Shown piece by piece: positions 1 to 9,643 of a stretch of 53,582 nt of DNA. The position numbers and the translations under genes were made by a program. The notes under the pieces were generated by a model. The model saw only the letters and a program-made list of their open reading frames with translations. It did no database searches and had not been told where the DNA came from. Source of the DNA: a virus (lineage: Duplodnaviria > Caudoviricetes); the IMG/VR virus record IMGVR_UViG_3300036770_002010, positions 1 to 53,582 of that record. The stretch is one strand, 5' to 3'. The first letter of the stretch is position 1. The number at the start of each line of letters is the position of its first letter.

Positions 1-267
1 TTTTTTATTATCTTTTTTCTTAGTATTCTTATTTCTCCCATTCCTGAATGAAAATAATATGTATAACCATTTAATAAGTATAATAATATATGTTTGAAAT
101 ATGATAAAATTATTTTCTTCCATTCAGAATAAGTTAATGAATAATCATGTTTACTATCATCCTCAATACTTACATAAGGTAAACATGTAGCACACTTTCT
201 TTTCTTATAAGGATATTCCTTATAAAAATGTAGAAGTGTCATCTTCTCATTACTATCTGTATAAATC

Positions 268-918
268 TTATCGTATTTCTGAGTTTCTGTCATCGCTGTC
301 ATCATCTTTTCTAGCTAGTGGTAATTGTAATAGTGTAGCCATTATCTGCATTATTCCAGTAACTTCATTTTGTCCAATACCACTTTCTATTTCATAAATA
401 TCATTACAATCTTCTTGTGATTGTATGTCTTGCCAATCTAATATATTCTCCCATATACCATCAACATAAATACACTTTAAAGTTTTACTTCTCCATAAGT
501 ATAAGTATTGATTAATAATTGAGTATCTTAATGCTTCTCCTTTTATTGGGTCTAGTGAATCTGATTTTAGTTGATACTGTTCTATCATTCCTAATAATCT
601 TCCATCTAATAACTTAACTTGCATAGCATCTCTATATCTACCTATTAATGGTCTAGGTATTTTATATTTACTTCTTAATACTTTACAACTATTATCAGGA
701 ATACAAGAACAATCTTCAGCTTTAACTAATTCTAATTCTATACAGAATCTATGACTAGACCAACTTGATATAAATGATTTACCTTTAATATTATTACCTA
801 ATACTGTAGCTCTAGCTTGTACAACTAATGACCATAAATAACTATCAGTATATTTACTGTCGTCTGTTATTTCTTTAATAGTTACACGAATAGTAGATAA
901 TAATTCAGCTATTTTCAT
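268..918 (-). CDS. Putative neck/ring (tail tubular-like) virion protein
   Basis: 216-aa ORF in the virion arm; size, Cys content and position resemble crAss-like ring proteins (synteny inference). Confidence 0.45.
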   Translation of the reverse strand: MKIAELLSTIRVTIKEITDDSKYTDSYLWSLVVQARATVLGNNIKGKSFISSWSSHRFCIELELVKAEDCSCIPDNSCKVLRSKYKIPRPLIGRYRDAMQVKLLDGRLLGMIEQYQLKSDSLDPIKGEALRYSIINQYLYLWRSKTLKCIYVDGIWENILDWQDIQSQEDCNDIYEIESGIGQNEVTGIMQIMATLLQLPLARKDDDSDDRNSEIR

Positions 919-1727
919 AATATCATTTTTACTAAATCCTGTGATTCAGGAATATTAATTAATTCAAATCCATCAGGTTTAATCCATACTATAATCATAC
1001 TACCAATAGTAATGTCTAAGTATTTCTCTATACAATGCTTATACATATTTAGTTGTAGTGTATATTTATTGTAGTTACAATCACTTAAAAACTCTAGTGG
1101 TGGCATGAATGTTTGGAATCTATTAAAATATTTTATCTCTTTATCTGTTTTATAATCTAGTATAACATACTTACTATTTATAGTATCATAAAAGAATCCA
1201 TCTAATTGTCCAGCAATTCTACTATCAAAATCTGCTACTACCCATTCTAGTTTTATGGGTATGTATTGGGATGATAACACTTTGATAATATTATCCAGAA
1301 CTTCAATCCTGTCGTGTGTGTCATACTTGTTATTCCAAGCATTCTCCAAATACTTATGATACTTCGTTCCTTTTGTTTTACTTGTATCAGAACCAGCTTT
1401 CCAGCTTTCGACCATTGTGTTGATATCAACGTTTAAATCTTTATAGTGTACTAATTGGGAATCAAGTAAGTAAAATCCTTTAGGAACATTATTACTCTTA
1501 TCAGTTTTAATTTGTAGTCCTTGATTCTGAAGTACTTTATACTTAGCCCAGTATTCTTCATTAAAGTCATGTTGATATTTTTTAATTACTGATGTTACAC
1601 TTGTAAATAGTTCTGTATCATTATTATAATAACTATGTGTATCATCATAATAAGTAATACTCTTGAACATGTTTAGTTGTTCAATGTTAAGTTTGTTTCC
1701 AGTTGTTCTTCCTGTCAAGTTTAGCAT
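915..1727 (-). CDS. PD-(D/E)XK exonuclease
   Basis: SVT, GTKYH, E..V, AGQLD, ILDYKT and QLNMY motifs of the PD-(D/E)XK nuclease superfamily. Confidence 0.85.
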   Translation of the reverse strand: MLNLTGRTTGNKLNIEQLNMFKSITYYDDTHSYYNNDTELFTSVTSVIKKYQHDFNEEYWAKYKVLQNQGLQIKTDKSNNVPKGFYLLDSQLVHYKDLNVDINTMVESWKAGSDTSKTKGTKYHKYLENAWNNKYDTHDRIEVLDNIIKVLSSQYIPIKLEWVVADFDSRIAGQLDGFFYDTINSKYVILDYKTDKEIKYFNRFQTFMPPLEFLSDCNYNKYTLQLNMYKHCIEKYLDITIGSMIIVWIKPDGFELINIPESQDLVKMIL

Positions 1728-1811
1728 ATCTTAGTTTTCAGCTAGTTCAAATTTTCTTTTGTGCAATCGTGTGTTAAGTCATTTAGCTTTTCTATCATTA
1801 TTTTATTTTTA

Positions 1812-4586
1812 TTAACAACTTCCTATACAAGGAGTTGTAGTATCAGCATTATCTATTGTACCAACATTAGTTGTTAAATTATATTTTATAACTCCTACTC
1901 TATAAGCATTATTACTAAGAGGTGCTGTAGTGCTACTTACTTTTGGTCCTTGAACTGTAGAACCTGATGATTTTATTTCTAATGTATTTGTAGCTGTAGG
2001 GTTAGTAAATGTATAATGTGTAGGTAATACATTATTATCAAATGTTGGTTGTACAATAGTACCACTTTTCCATAATGTTACGTTTAGTTTTACAGGATTT
2101 GTACCAACTGTAGTATACCACCATGCTCTACAATCTATTGTTATTTCATTTTCAGCTGGATAAGATGCTGTAAAATTATTTAAATTTATTAATACAGCTT
2201 CAAATCCAGTTCCTTGATTATCACAAGCATGTTTTAATATATAATTACTTCCTGAAGCTAAAGGATAAATTCCATTTGTAGAATAATTAGAACTACTACA
2301 ATAATTAGCTCCATATCCTATATATTCTACTGTAGTATCTTGACCTATATCTGGAGTTACTATTCTAGTTCTTGTATCTAAATCTTGACCATCTGTAAAT
2401 TCATATTGTACCATTAAATAATCAGCATCAAATGTAAATCTATTTACTGATACGTATATTTGAGGATTATTCATTGTAATAGAAGCTGTTAATGTTGATG
2501 TTAATAATACAACAACTTCTTGTATTTTAGTTATAGTAGCTGCAACAGTTACAGATGCTGTTAATGTAGAAGATAATAATTTTGGTGTTTTATTATAAGT
2601 TCCAGTAATAGAATTAGTACAATCATTTAATTCAGCTGGTATAATAGCTTGTACAGAAGTATAATCAGTTTTAACTGTACCATTTTCATTTGTTAAATCA
2701 ATAGTAGTAAATAAGACATCACCAATTATTGAATCAATAACATTATTTGTTATAGTTAGTGTTCCAACTGGAGATATAACATTTACATTTACATATCTTA
2801 TTAATGCTAATTGTGATGCTGTAAATCCTGCTGTTGTTATTTTAACTTTACGAGTATTACTTGTATCGTATGTTACATCTACATTACTAATACTTAAACT
2901 AATATAATTAATCGAAGTAGTTACAGACTTAGTTGAAGAATCTACAGGATTAGTAACAGTATATGTAAAGTTATATATTCCAGGATTTACTATAGTAATT
3001 TGATTACTTGTTATAGTAAGTCCACTTGTTGTAGTCCATGTTCCTCCAGTTGTATAACTATTAGACAATAATAAATTAAATAAGTTATAAGAAGTTAATG
3101 TATTACATGTATCTAATGGAATAGCTACTCCAGGACTTAATATTGTATAAGTTATTGTAAAACTATTACCTACTTTACCATATTCATTTACTGGTTTTAA
3201 TGTTAATACTTGAGGAGTAGCAGAATAACTTATAGGAGTATAAGTTACATTATTTGTATTAGTAGATACTGTATTAATAGTAGGAGTAGATACTATTTCA
3301 AACTTAGATATAGTAGTATTTCCTGTAACTGTTGTAATTGATGTATCACCAAAAAATATAGTTTTAGTTATGTTACTTACAACTGGTAATACAGATAATA
3401 CAGAATTTATATTTAATGTATATTCGTCTGAATATATATCGCATTCATTTTTAACTTTCCATTTAATAGGAATATTCCCTACTGTTGCTGTACTTTTTGT
3501 ATAAGTAATTGTTTTAGTAGCTATATTAAATGTGGCTACACCTTTGTCTGTAATAGTTAATGTAGTAGCATTAGTAAGTATTTGTCCAGCATTAGCAACA
3601 AAAGTAAATGTATTATAATCAATATAATCTGTTGCAAAATCAATTATGTTTGTTATAGTTGGTAATGAATTATCAAAAGTTATTGTTTTACTATTATTAG
3701 TATAATTATTTAATATAAATCCAGTAGCACAATCAGGTTTAATTGTACAAGTACCTAATTTAGTTACTGTAACATTAAATGTATTACTTGGTACATTCTT
3801 ATCATTAGTTACTGTTATTGGTAACACAACACTTGTAGTATTAAATTCAGGAATAGTTATTTCGTAAGAATTATTACTAAGACTTCTTTGTGTTGCTCCA
3901 GTATAAGTTATAACTAATGGATTATTAACTAAATTACCACATCCTGAATTAGTTAATGTTATTATAAACTTTCTTACATTTCCACTATTTAATGGAAAAC
4001 ATTGTGCTGTTACTGATTGATTAGCTACAAATGGTTCACAAGTTAAAGTATAATAATTTACCGCATCACTTATACATCCATTAGCATCTTTAACTTTTAC
4101 TCTTATTCCTTGAGGATTTTTATATCCTGGAGGTAATATATTAGCAGGATTATGATTCCATGTTAATGATAACTGATTCTGTGGATGAAATCCTGTATTA
4201 GGTTCATTACTAGAAAATTGAGATTCTAAACCATATATCCAATTATATAAATATGGTGGATTACCTCCAGTTACTATAGCATTGAAAGATAAATTATTAG
4301 CATCAGGTTGTTCTATATTTACATCTAAACTATTGCATTCATTTACTAAAGTATCTGTAAAAGTATTAGAACATCCTTTATCATTAGTAACAAGTACAGT
4401 AATTGTATTTCCAGTAAAACAATCTAAGTCAGTAATATAATAGGTAACATATATCTTTATAGTAGTTCCATTGAAACTTCCACTCGCATTATTTATTGTA
4501 ATGCAAGATTTATTAGATGTAATATTGTAATTAATTACATTAGAATCTAATAATGTAATAGTATATGTCCTATTTATTGTAATCAT
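1812..4586 (-). CDS. Large Thr/Asn-rich beta-sandwich (Ig/PKD-like) virion or fibre protein
   Basis: 924 aa; motifs GGNPPYLYNW, VKDANGC, GGTW...PGIYNFTYTV typical of Ig/SprB-like repeats. Confidence 0.6.
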   Translation of the reverse strand: MITINRTYTITLLDSNVINYNITSNKSCITINNASGSFNGTTIKIYVTYYITDLDCFTGNTITVLVTNDKGCSNTFTDTLVNECNSLDVNIEQPDANNLSFNAIVTGGNPPYLYNWIYGLESQFSSNEPNTGFHPQNQLSLTWNHNPANILPPGYKNPQGIRVKVKDANGCISDAVNYYTLTCEPFVANQSVTAQCFPLNSGNVRKFIITLTNSGCGNLVNNPLVITYTGATQRSLSNNSYEITIPEFNTTSVVLPITVTNDKNVPSNTFNVTVTKLGTCTIKPDCATGFILNNYTNNSKTITFDNSLPTITNIIDFATDYIDYNTFTFVANAGQILTNATTLTITDKGVATFNIATKTITYTKSTATVGNIPIKWKVKNECDIYSDEYTLNINSVLSVLPVVSNITKTIFFGDTSITTVTGNTTISKFEIVSTPTINTVSTNTNNVTYTPISYSATPQVLTLKPVNEYGKVGNSFTITYTILSPGVAIPLDTCNTLTSYNLFNLLLSNSYTTGGTWTTTSGLTITSNQITIVNPGIYNFTYTVTNPVDSSTKSVTTSINYISLSISNVDVTYDTSNTRKVKITTAGFTASQLALIRYVNVNVISPVGTLTITNNVIDSIIGDVLFTTIDLTNENGTVKTDYTSVQAIIPAELNDCTNSITGTYNKTPKLLSSTLTASVTVAATITKIQEVVVLLTSTLTASITMNNPQIYVSVNRFTFDADYLMVQYEFTDGQDLDTRTRIVTPDIGQDTTVEYIGYGANYCSSSNYSTNGIYPLASGSNYILKHACDNQGTGFEAVLINLNNFTASYPAENEITIDCRAWWYTTVGTNPVKLNVTLWKSGTIVQPTFDNNVLPTHYTFTNPTATNTLEIKSSGSTVQGPKVSSTTAPLSNNAYRVGVIKYNLTTNVGTIDNADTTTPCIGSC

Positions 4587-4990
4587 TATGCTACTGTAAG
4601 TGTTATAGAATTAGCGTCAAACCTAACAGTATCTCCAGCACCTATAGTTACAGGACTTGATGATACTGTACCATAGTAAATCATACTACCACTTGTATTA
4701 GCAGTCCATATTGCAAAACCTACTATAGTACAAGCTCCAGCATTAGTAGTTAACTCAATTAAATTATTTCTTACAACATCATTTGTAGCTGTAAAACTTG
4801 TAGCTGTAGTTAATGATTTTCTTCCAGCACTTCCAGTTAATGTTTGATATACTGAAGTACCTCCAGTACCATCTTCTGCAGGAAGTGTTGAATACACATC
4901 TAAAAATACTGTAGTTAATTGAGTAGGTGCTGCGCCTCCAGCTAACCATGTAGCTATTAAACTTTCTGTATAGTTTGATAAATTTGCCAT
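4586..4990 (-). CDS. Small virion structural (fibre/decoration-like) protein
   Basis: LSNYTE...FAIW.A.T.G.MIYYG...V.IGAGDTV.F pattern common in small phage structural proteins. Confidence 0.6.
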   Translation of the reverse strand: MANLSNYTESLIATWLAGGAAPTQLTTVFLDVYSTLPAEDGTGGTSVYQTLTGSAGRKSLTTATSFTATNDVVRNNLIELTTNAGACTIVGFAIWTANTSGSMIYYGTVSSSPVTIGAGDTVRFDANSITLTVA

Positions 4991-4995
4991 TTTGT

Positions 4996-5277
4996 TTATG
5001 TTTTAGTTATTGCAGCTATTGTATTTACTGTTGTTAACAATGCTGATTTAAGTTTAACAATATTGTTATCAGGATTCTTAGTTATAACACTTGTAAATTG
5101 TCCACAAGTTAATTCTATACCTAATTCATCTCCTTCATTACAAGATTCCATTGGTTCTATACATGCAGTTGGCATCTTAGACAAAGCTAATGCTAGTAAA
5201 TCATTATTATCAATTATACAATCAATACCATAACGATATCTATCTGCCAAACTTTTAACAAAACTCGCAATCTCCAT
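4996..5277 (-). CDS. Hypothetical virion-module protein
   Basis: 93-aa ORF tightly coupled to neighbours. Confidence 0.5.
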   Translation of the reverse strand: MEIASFVKSLADRYRYGIDCIIDNNDLLALALSKMPTACIEPMESCNEGDELGIELTCGQFTSVITKNPDNNIVKLKSALLTTVNTIAAITKT

Positions 5278-5662
5278 AATCCATTGAGTTATATAAAACT
5301 TTTAAATCTTCACAATCTACACATTTATCAGCAGCTGTAACTAATACAAAGTATGTAGTAGCTAACTGTTGATTATAGTTTGATGCAAGTTGTTTAGCAA
5401 CTTTGCAACCTGTTTCTTCATTCTTAAACAAACATCCTTTATCTAATGTTGTAACACTATTTAATACTCTTTTTAATACTACAGAGTGAACTCCTTCTGC
5501 TAGAGTAATAGTATAGTCATAATAACTATTTGTAATACTACCATTAACAACAGCTACAGGATTAGCATCATTAATACTAATAGTATAAACTCCTGATGCA
5601 GGATTAAATAACGTAGAAGTAATTCTTAATGCTGTATTATTACTTACTAATTCTAATTTCAT
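5255..5662 (-). CDS. Hypothetical virion-module protein with Cys-rich C-terminus
   Basis: 135-aa ORF overlapping neighbours; CVDC and CEFC motifs. Confidence 0.55.
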   Translation of the reverse strand: MKLELVSNNTALRITSTLFNPASGVYTISINDANPVAVVNGSITNSYYDYTITLAEGVHSVVLKRVLNSVTTLDKGCLFKNEETGCKVAKQLASNYNQQLATTYFVLVTAADKCVDCEDLKVLYNSMDYGDCEFC

Positions 5663-6105
5663 TTTCTTAGTATTAATCTTGTTAATCTTTCACCAACATA
5701 TCCCCATAAGTCTACACCAGTTACAGTTTCTATGTTCTCAAAGATACTCTTTATTTCAGTTAATGCAACAACTCCAGCTACCATATACGTTAACGGTATA
5801 GGCAACGAGAATACTCTTATAAATAATTCTGATATAAGTATGCCTAACATATATAGTACATACTTCTTTACACTCTGACGATAGCCTGATGATTCAATAG
5901 CTTCACCTCTATGTTTTGCAGCCATTCTTCCAGTATATAAATCTACTAGAACTATAACTAATGTAAAAGATAGAAATGTAGCTACTGACATTATAAAGCT
6001 ACTTATCCAACTAAACATAGTAAATATTACTCCTATCCAGTAGTCCTCTGTTACAAATTTCTCTACGTTGTAACGTACAATTTCTTTTGATGTTTGTTCT
6101 TTCAT
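5659..6105 (-). CDS. Holin (phage holin 4-like family)
   Basis: Several hydrophobic segments; D..TG, I.S.G and E..SI.EN motifs; basic C-terminus. Confidence 0.8.
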   Translation of the reverse strand: MKEQTSKEIVRYNVEKFVTEDYWIGVIFTMFSWISSFIMSVATFLSFTLVIVLVDLYTGRMAAKHRGEAIESSGYRQSVKKYVLYMLGILISELFIRVFSLPIPLTYMVAGVVALTEIKSIFENIETVTGVDLWGYVGERLTRLILRK

Positions 6106-7190
6106 GTTGATGTTAGTTTTCCGCCTTCATATCTTCTTGAGAATTTACGATGAATCATTGTAGCCATCTTTAAAAATCTAGTTGGTCCATACACCATACT
6201 AATTTGGTCTTTAATGTTCATCGTCATCATAGTCAGCTTCCGCTTTACATCGTTGTGTAGATTACTACGTTCTTGTTTTATTGCTTGGTATAATTGATAA
6301 CCATTAGCTTCACCCATTAGTCCTCTTTCATACCAATGTTTTTCTTCTACATATTTAGCTAAGTAATGCCATATAACTTCAGGTTCTGAAGGAATAAGAT
6401 ATTCACCACTAGCATCTTTTAATGGAGTATAATAGTGTACTAGAATAGTACCTGTATCAAAATTAAATGTTCCTATGTTTCCAGTTATTTGTACAGAAGC
6501 ATCACATTCTCTACATAGATAATCTATTGTTTGATTAGTAAGTATATTAACTTTTTGATTAGGAACAAATGTATTATTAGTATAAGTAGTTTGTATTCCT
6601 AATGGATTATCATACATTAATCCTGTACTTGATGTTGCAGTATCTTGAGGAACTACAGTAGATTGGAAAGAAACGATAGTGAGTACTGGAGGAGGTAAAG
6701 CATTATAATAATCATTAGCAATAGTGAGAGTATTAGTAGCACTATTAATAGTATAATACTCTGGACTATCAGGCGATAGTTGTCCACTAAAATATACAAA
6801 AGTCGTACTACCAGCTTGTAACACATCTGTTTTATTCCATATAACACTTTGAGTAGGATTTGTATATTCCTGAACATAAGGCATTAGTGTTGTATCTTTC
6901 GTAAACTCTAATAAGTTATTTCCTGTAAAGTATGTACTTCTTGAATAGTCATACATAACTTGATTTAAATCATTAGCTACTTCTATTCCTATTATTTTAT
7001 CTTTAGTTGCTGGTAATTGTGCTTTATAGTTTTTTATTTCTACTATATCAAAGTCTTTAACTTTCTGTAGTGTTGGATAGTTAAGTAAATTCCATGCTTG
7101 TAATGCCCATGATAATAATTGGTCATCATCAGATTCTGCGTATCTAACAACACTACTCATATAATTAAAAACTGATGATAATGGTTTCAT
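6102..7190 (-). CDS. Putative neck/ring (tail tubular-like) protein
   Basis: 362-aa ORF; F..G.ILVHYY.P.D..G..LIP motif reminiscent of crAss-like ring proteins. Confidence 0.5.
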   Translation of the reverse strand: MKPLSSVFNYMSSVVRYAESDDDQLLSWALQAWNLLNYPTLQKVKDFDIVEIKNYKAQLPATKDKIIGIEVANDLNQVMYDYSRSTYFTGNNLLEFTKDTTLMPYVQEYTNPTQSVIWNKTDVLQAGSTTFVYFSGQLSPDSPEYYTINSATNTLTIANDYYNALPPPVLTIVSFQSTVVPQDTATSSTGLMYDNPLGIQTTYTNNTFVPNQKVNILTNQTIDYLCRECDASVQITGNIGTFNFDTGTILVHYYTPLKDASGEYLIPSEPEVIWHYLAKYVEEKHWYERGLMGEANGYQLYQAIKQERSNLHNDVKRKLTMMTMNIKDQISMVYGPTRFLKMATMIHRKFSRRYEGGKLTST

Positions 7191-7280
7191 ATTTTTAGTT
7201 TTAAATTTGGGAGAAGTTTCACCTACTTCTCCCGATGGTTTAGCCTAAGGTAGCGATTCCTGCTGCAACAAACCTATTCT

Positions 7281-7904
7281 TTATTGTTTTATCAATGTTA
7301 TATTTCTATTTAATGTAGTATAAGCATTTTCAGTAAGTTTAAATAACTCATATTGTTTATCACCAATAACAACGAATAGTTGATTCTCTAGTGTAGCTAA
7401 TATTACATTATCTTTTACTGTATATTCCTTATCTTTATTAGGAGTGAATGTTAATGTGTTATTATCTATTGTAACAACTCCTGGAGTAATTTTTTCATCT
7501 ATAGCTATAATCCAATTTCCTATAAGTTTATTTCCATACTTAGCATTAGTTTCAGTCCATATTGTTTTACCAGTAACTTTCTCAAACATTTGTGCATACA
7601 GAGCCATAGCATTATCTGAAGTATTCTTTAGTATAATAGGAATAGCTGCTTGTGATAACTTGTTTGATTCTTGTTCAATTTGTGTCATGAATGTATTTGC
7701 AGTAACAGTACTATCTCCAATAACATCTTTAGTTACATTAGATGATTCATCAGAATAGTTTGTAATTCTTGTAACAAAATAAGTTCCTTTATTAGGATTC
7801 TTTGTTACATAAATAGTGTCTTTCACAACTTGCTTTTGTGCATTAGTAATAATTGATAGCAATAAGAATGCTGCTATAATTAAACCTCTTAATAGTAATA
7901 ACAT
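7281..7904 (-). CDS. Signal-peptide protein, paralog of 8006..8602
   Basis: Hydrophobic N-terminus ending TNA|Q; KDTIYV, IGDS, GNW motifs align with the neighbour. Confidence 0.75.
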   Translation of the reverse strand: MLLLLRGLIIAAFLLLSIITNAQKQVVKDTIYVTKNPNKGTYFVTRITNYSDESSNVTKDVIGDSTVTANTFMTQIEQESNKLSQAAIPIILKNTSDNAMALYAQMFEKVTGKTIWTETNAKYGNKLIGNWIIAIDEKITPGVVTIDNNTLTFTPNKDKEYTVKDNVILATLENQLFVVIGDKQYELFKLTENAYTTLNRNITLIKQ

Positions 7905-7924
7905 AATTTTAGTTTTTTTAGTTA

Positions 7925-7955
7925 CAAATATAATACAATTCTTTTAGTAATACAA
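7925..7955 (-). promoter_or_regulatory. Bacteroidota sigma-A-type promoter for 7281..7904
   Basis: Minus strand TTG-N20-TATATTTG upstream of the ORF. Confidence 0.55.
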
Positions 7956-8005
7956 TAAAACACCTTCGTAGCCAAGTTTTAAAATGTTGTAGATAACTGC
8001 TTTCA

Positions 8006-8602
8006 TTATTCAAGTTTTATAAGCCTAACATCTCCATCCACAGTTGCAAACTTGCCATCCGCATATTTATACAAGTCGTATTTTACGGAGTTAAAATTAA
8101 AGGATATTTGATTGGTGAATGTAGATAATAGCAAGTTGGTTGAAATAGTGTACACTTTGCCATTATCAGGATTAAAAATTAAACGCTTGTTATTGTTTAA
8201 CTGAATAACTCCATCAATGATTTCACCGTTAAAATTCAATTTCCAATCTCCCAAAAACTTTGCCGTGTCTCTTTGTGCCGTGGTAAAATAAACTGGCTTA
8301 CCGCTTATTTGCTGATGCAAATCGTTGTAATAATTAATTCTTTGTACTGTTTTGCCTTTTGTAATTAAAGGCTTTGCATGAATAGCCAAAGTGTTGCTTT
8401 GCCTTTCAGCATCGGTAACAAGGTTGTTGATTGCCGTTGCAGAATCGCCCAATATTTGCTTTGAACCTGTAACAGTGCTATCAGACAAAGTCGTTTGCTG
8501 AATGATGTAATAAATGTTGCCTTGCTTTTGGATGTACACGGTGTCTTTGACAACATCTTGCGCAAAGGAAAACAAGGGAAGGAATAAAAATAAGTATCTC
8601 AT
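8006..8602 (-). CDS. Signal-peptide protein, paralog of 7281..7904 (likely start 8602, MRYLFL)
   Basis: MRYLFLFLPLFSFA|Q; starts immediately after the upstream stop codon. Confidence 0.75.
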   Translation of the reverse strand: MRYLFLFLPLFSFAQDVVKDTVYIQKQGNIYYIIQQTTLSDSTVTGSKQILGDSATAINNLVTDAERQSNTLAIHAKPLITKGKTVQRINYYNDLHQQISGKPVYFTTAQRDTAKFLGDWKLNFNGEIIDGVIQLNNNKRLIFNPDNGKVYTISTNLLLSTFTNQISFNFNSVKYDLYKYADGKFATVDGDVRLIKLE

Positions 8603-8603
8603 T

Positions 8604-9626
8604 TTATTTATTTTCAAGGTTAATAATTCTTTGTTCAAGGGATTTGATGAGGGCTTGTTGCTCTTGTATGGCTTTGGTAAGGATAGGAATAATGGCTTGA
8701 TAATTTACAGACATTGATTCCTCAAAACTTACAACTTCTGGTAAAATTGTACCAATATCTTGTGCAATAAAACCAAGTTGTTTACTACCATTACTTTTAT
8801 ATATGTATTCAACAGGCTGCAATTTTAAAACATCATTTAATCCATATTTTAAATTAAAAATATCATCTTTTAAATTATAATCAGAACGTGTTATATATGC
8901 CGCTGCACTAACATTTCCATTAACGTATAAAGAATCTTTTACTTGTAAAAGATAATTTCCATAAGTTGAAGTATTGCCAACCCATAATTGACCACCTGCT
9001 CTAATTGATAATCTTTGAGTAAAAGCTAATCTTCCATCGGTAACTTCAAAAAACAAAAAGTTACCACTGTTAACTTGAAAATCCCAATCTTTATCTGGTA
9101 TATCTGTTTCCTGCATAATAAAACTAGGATTGCCAGCATTTATAAATATACCTCCGTTTGTTAATATAGACCCAGTAGAGTGTAATGATTGAGATGGACT
9201 TGCTGTGCCAATACCAAGATAACTTATTGCATTATTCCAATGTAAATTTGTAGGAGTTAAAACACCACTTGTTCCATTTCCAACCATTACTTTGTTTGCG
9301 TTTAAAGTCGTTGCATTTGTGCCCCCATTCGCCACAGGCAAAACACCCGTTAATCCTGATGAAATAGAACCAACGCCTGCCATACTCCAAACATTTGTTG
9401 CACGGTTGTAGTTGTAAAATCTATGATTAACCGTATCAAGAATAATATACGCACTTGTATCACTTGAAGGTGTAATTATACCTGTGTCGGCAAGTACGCC
9501 ACGATAAATCAGCCCATCGGCAGTTGTTTGTTCACCAAGCGTTATTTTTTGGTTGCCATTGATTGGATACTGTGCCCATGCAAGGCAAGGCAACAAGGCA
9601 AGGGCAAGGGAAAGGAGTTGTTTCAT
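8604..9626 (-). CDS. Fibre/spike protein with C-terminal S74 intramolecular chaperone and N-terminal signal peptide (likely start 9626)
   Basis: SDYNLKDDI..LQPVEY..GFIAQ..P..V..VNY..ILTKAIQEQQ S74 motifs; LPVANGGT and GIGT.SP fibre motifs; MKQLLSLALALLPCLAWA|Q. Confidence 0.85.
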   Translation of the reverse strand: MKQLLSLALALLPCLAWAQYPINGNQKITLGEQTTADGLIYRGVLADTGIITPSSDTSAYIILDTVNHRFYNYNRATNVWSMAGVGSISSGLTGVLPVANGGTNATTLNANKVMVGNGTSGVLTPTNLHWNNAISYLGIGTASPSQSLHSTGSILTNGGIFINAGNPSFIMQETDIPDKDWDFQVNSGNFLFFEVTDGRLAFTQRLSIRAGGQLWVGNTSTYGNYLLQVKDSLYVNGNVSAAAYITRSDYNLKDDIFNLKYGLNDVLKLQPVEYIYKSNGSKQLGFIAQDIGTILPEVVSFEESMSVNYQAIIPILTKAIQEQQALIKSLEQRIINLENK

Positions 9627-9643
9627 GTTTATGTTTTTAGTTT

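Noticed and set aside
915-1727. Cas4 implying a CRISPR system
   Set aside because: Lacks the four-Cys Fe-S cluster pattern; a generic PD-(D/E)XK phage nuclease
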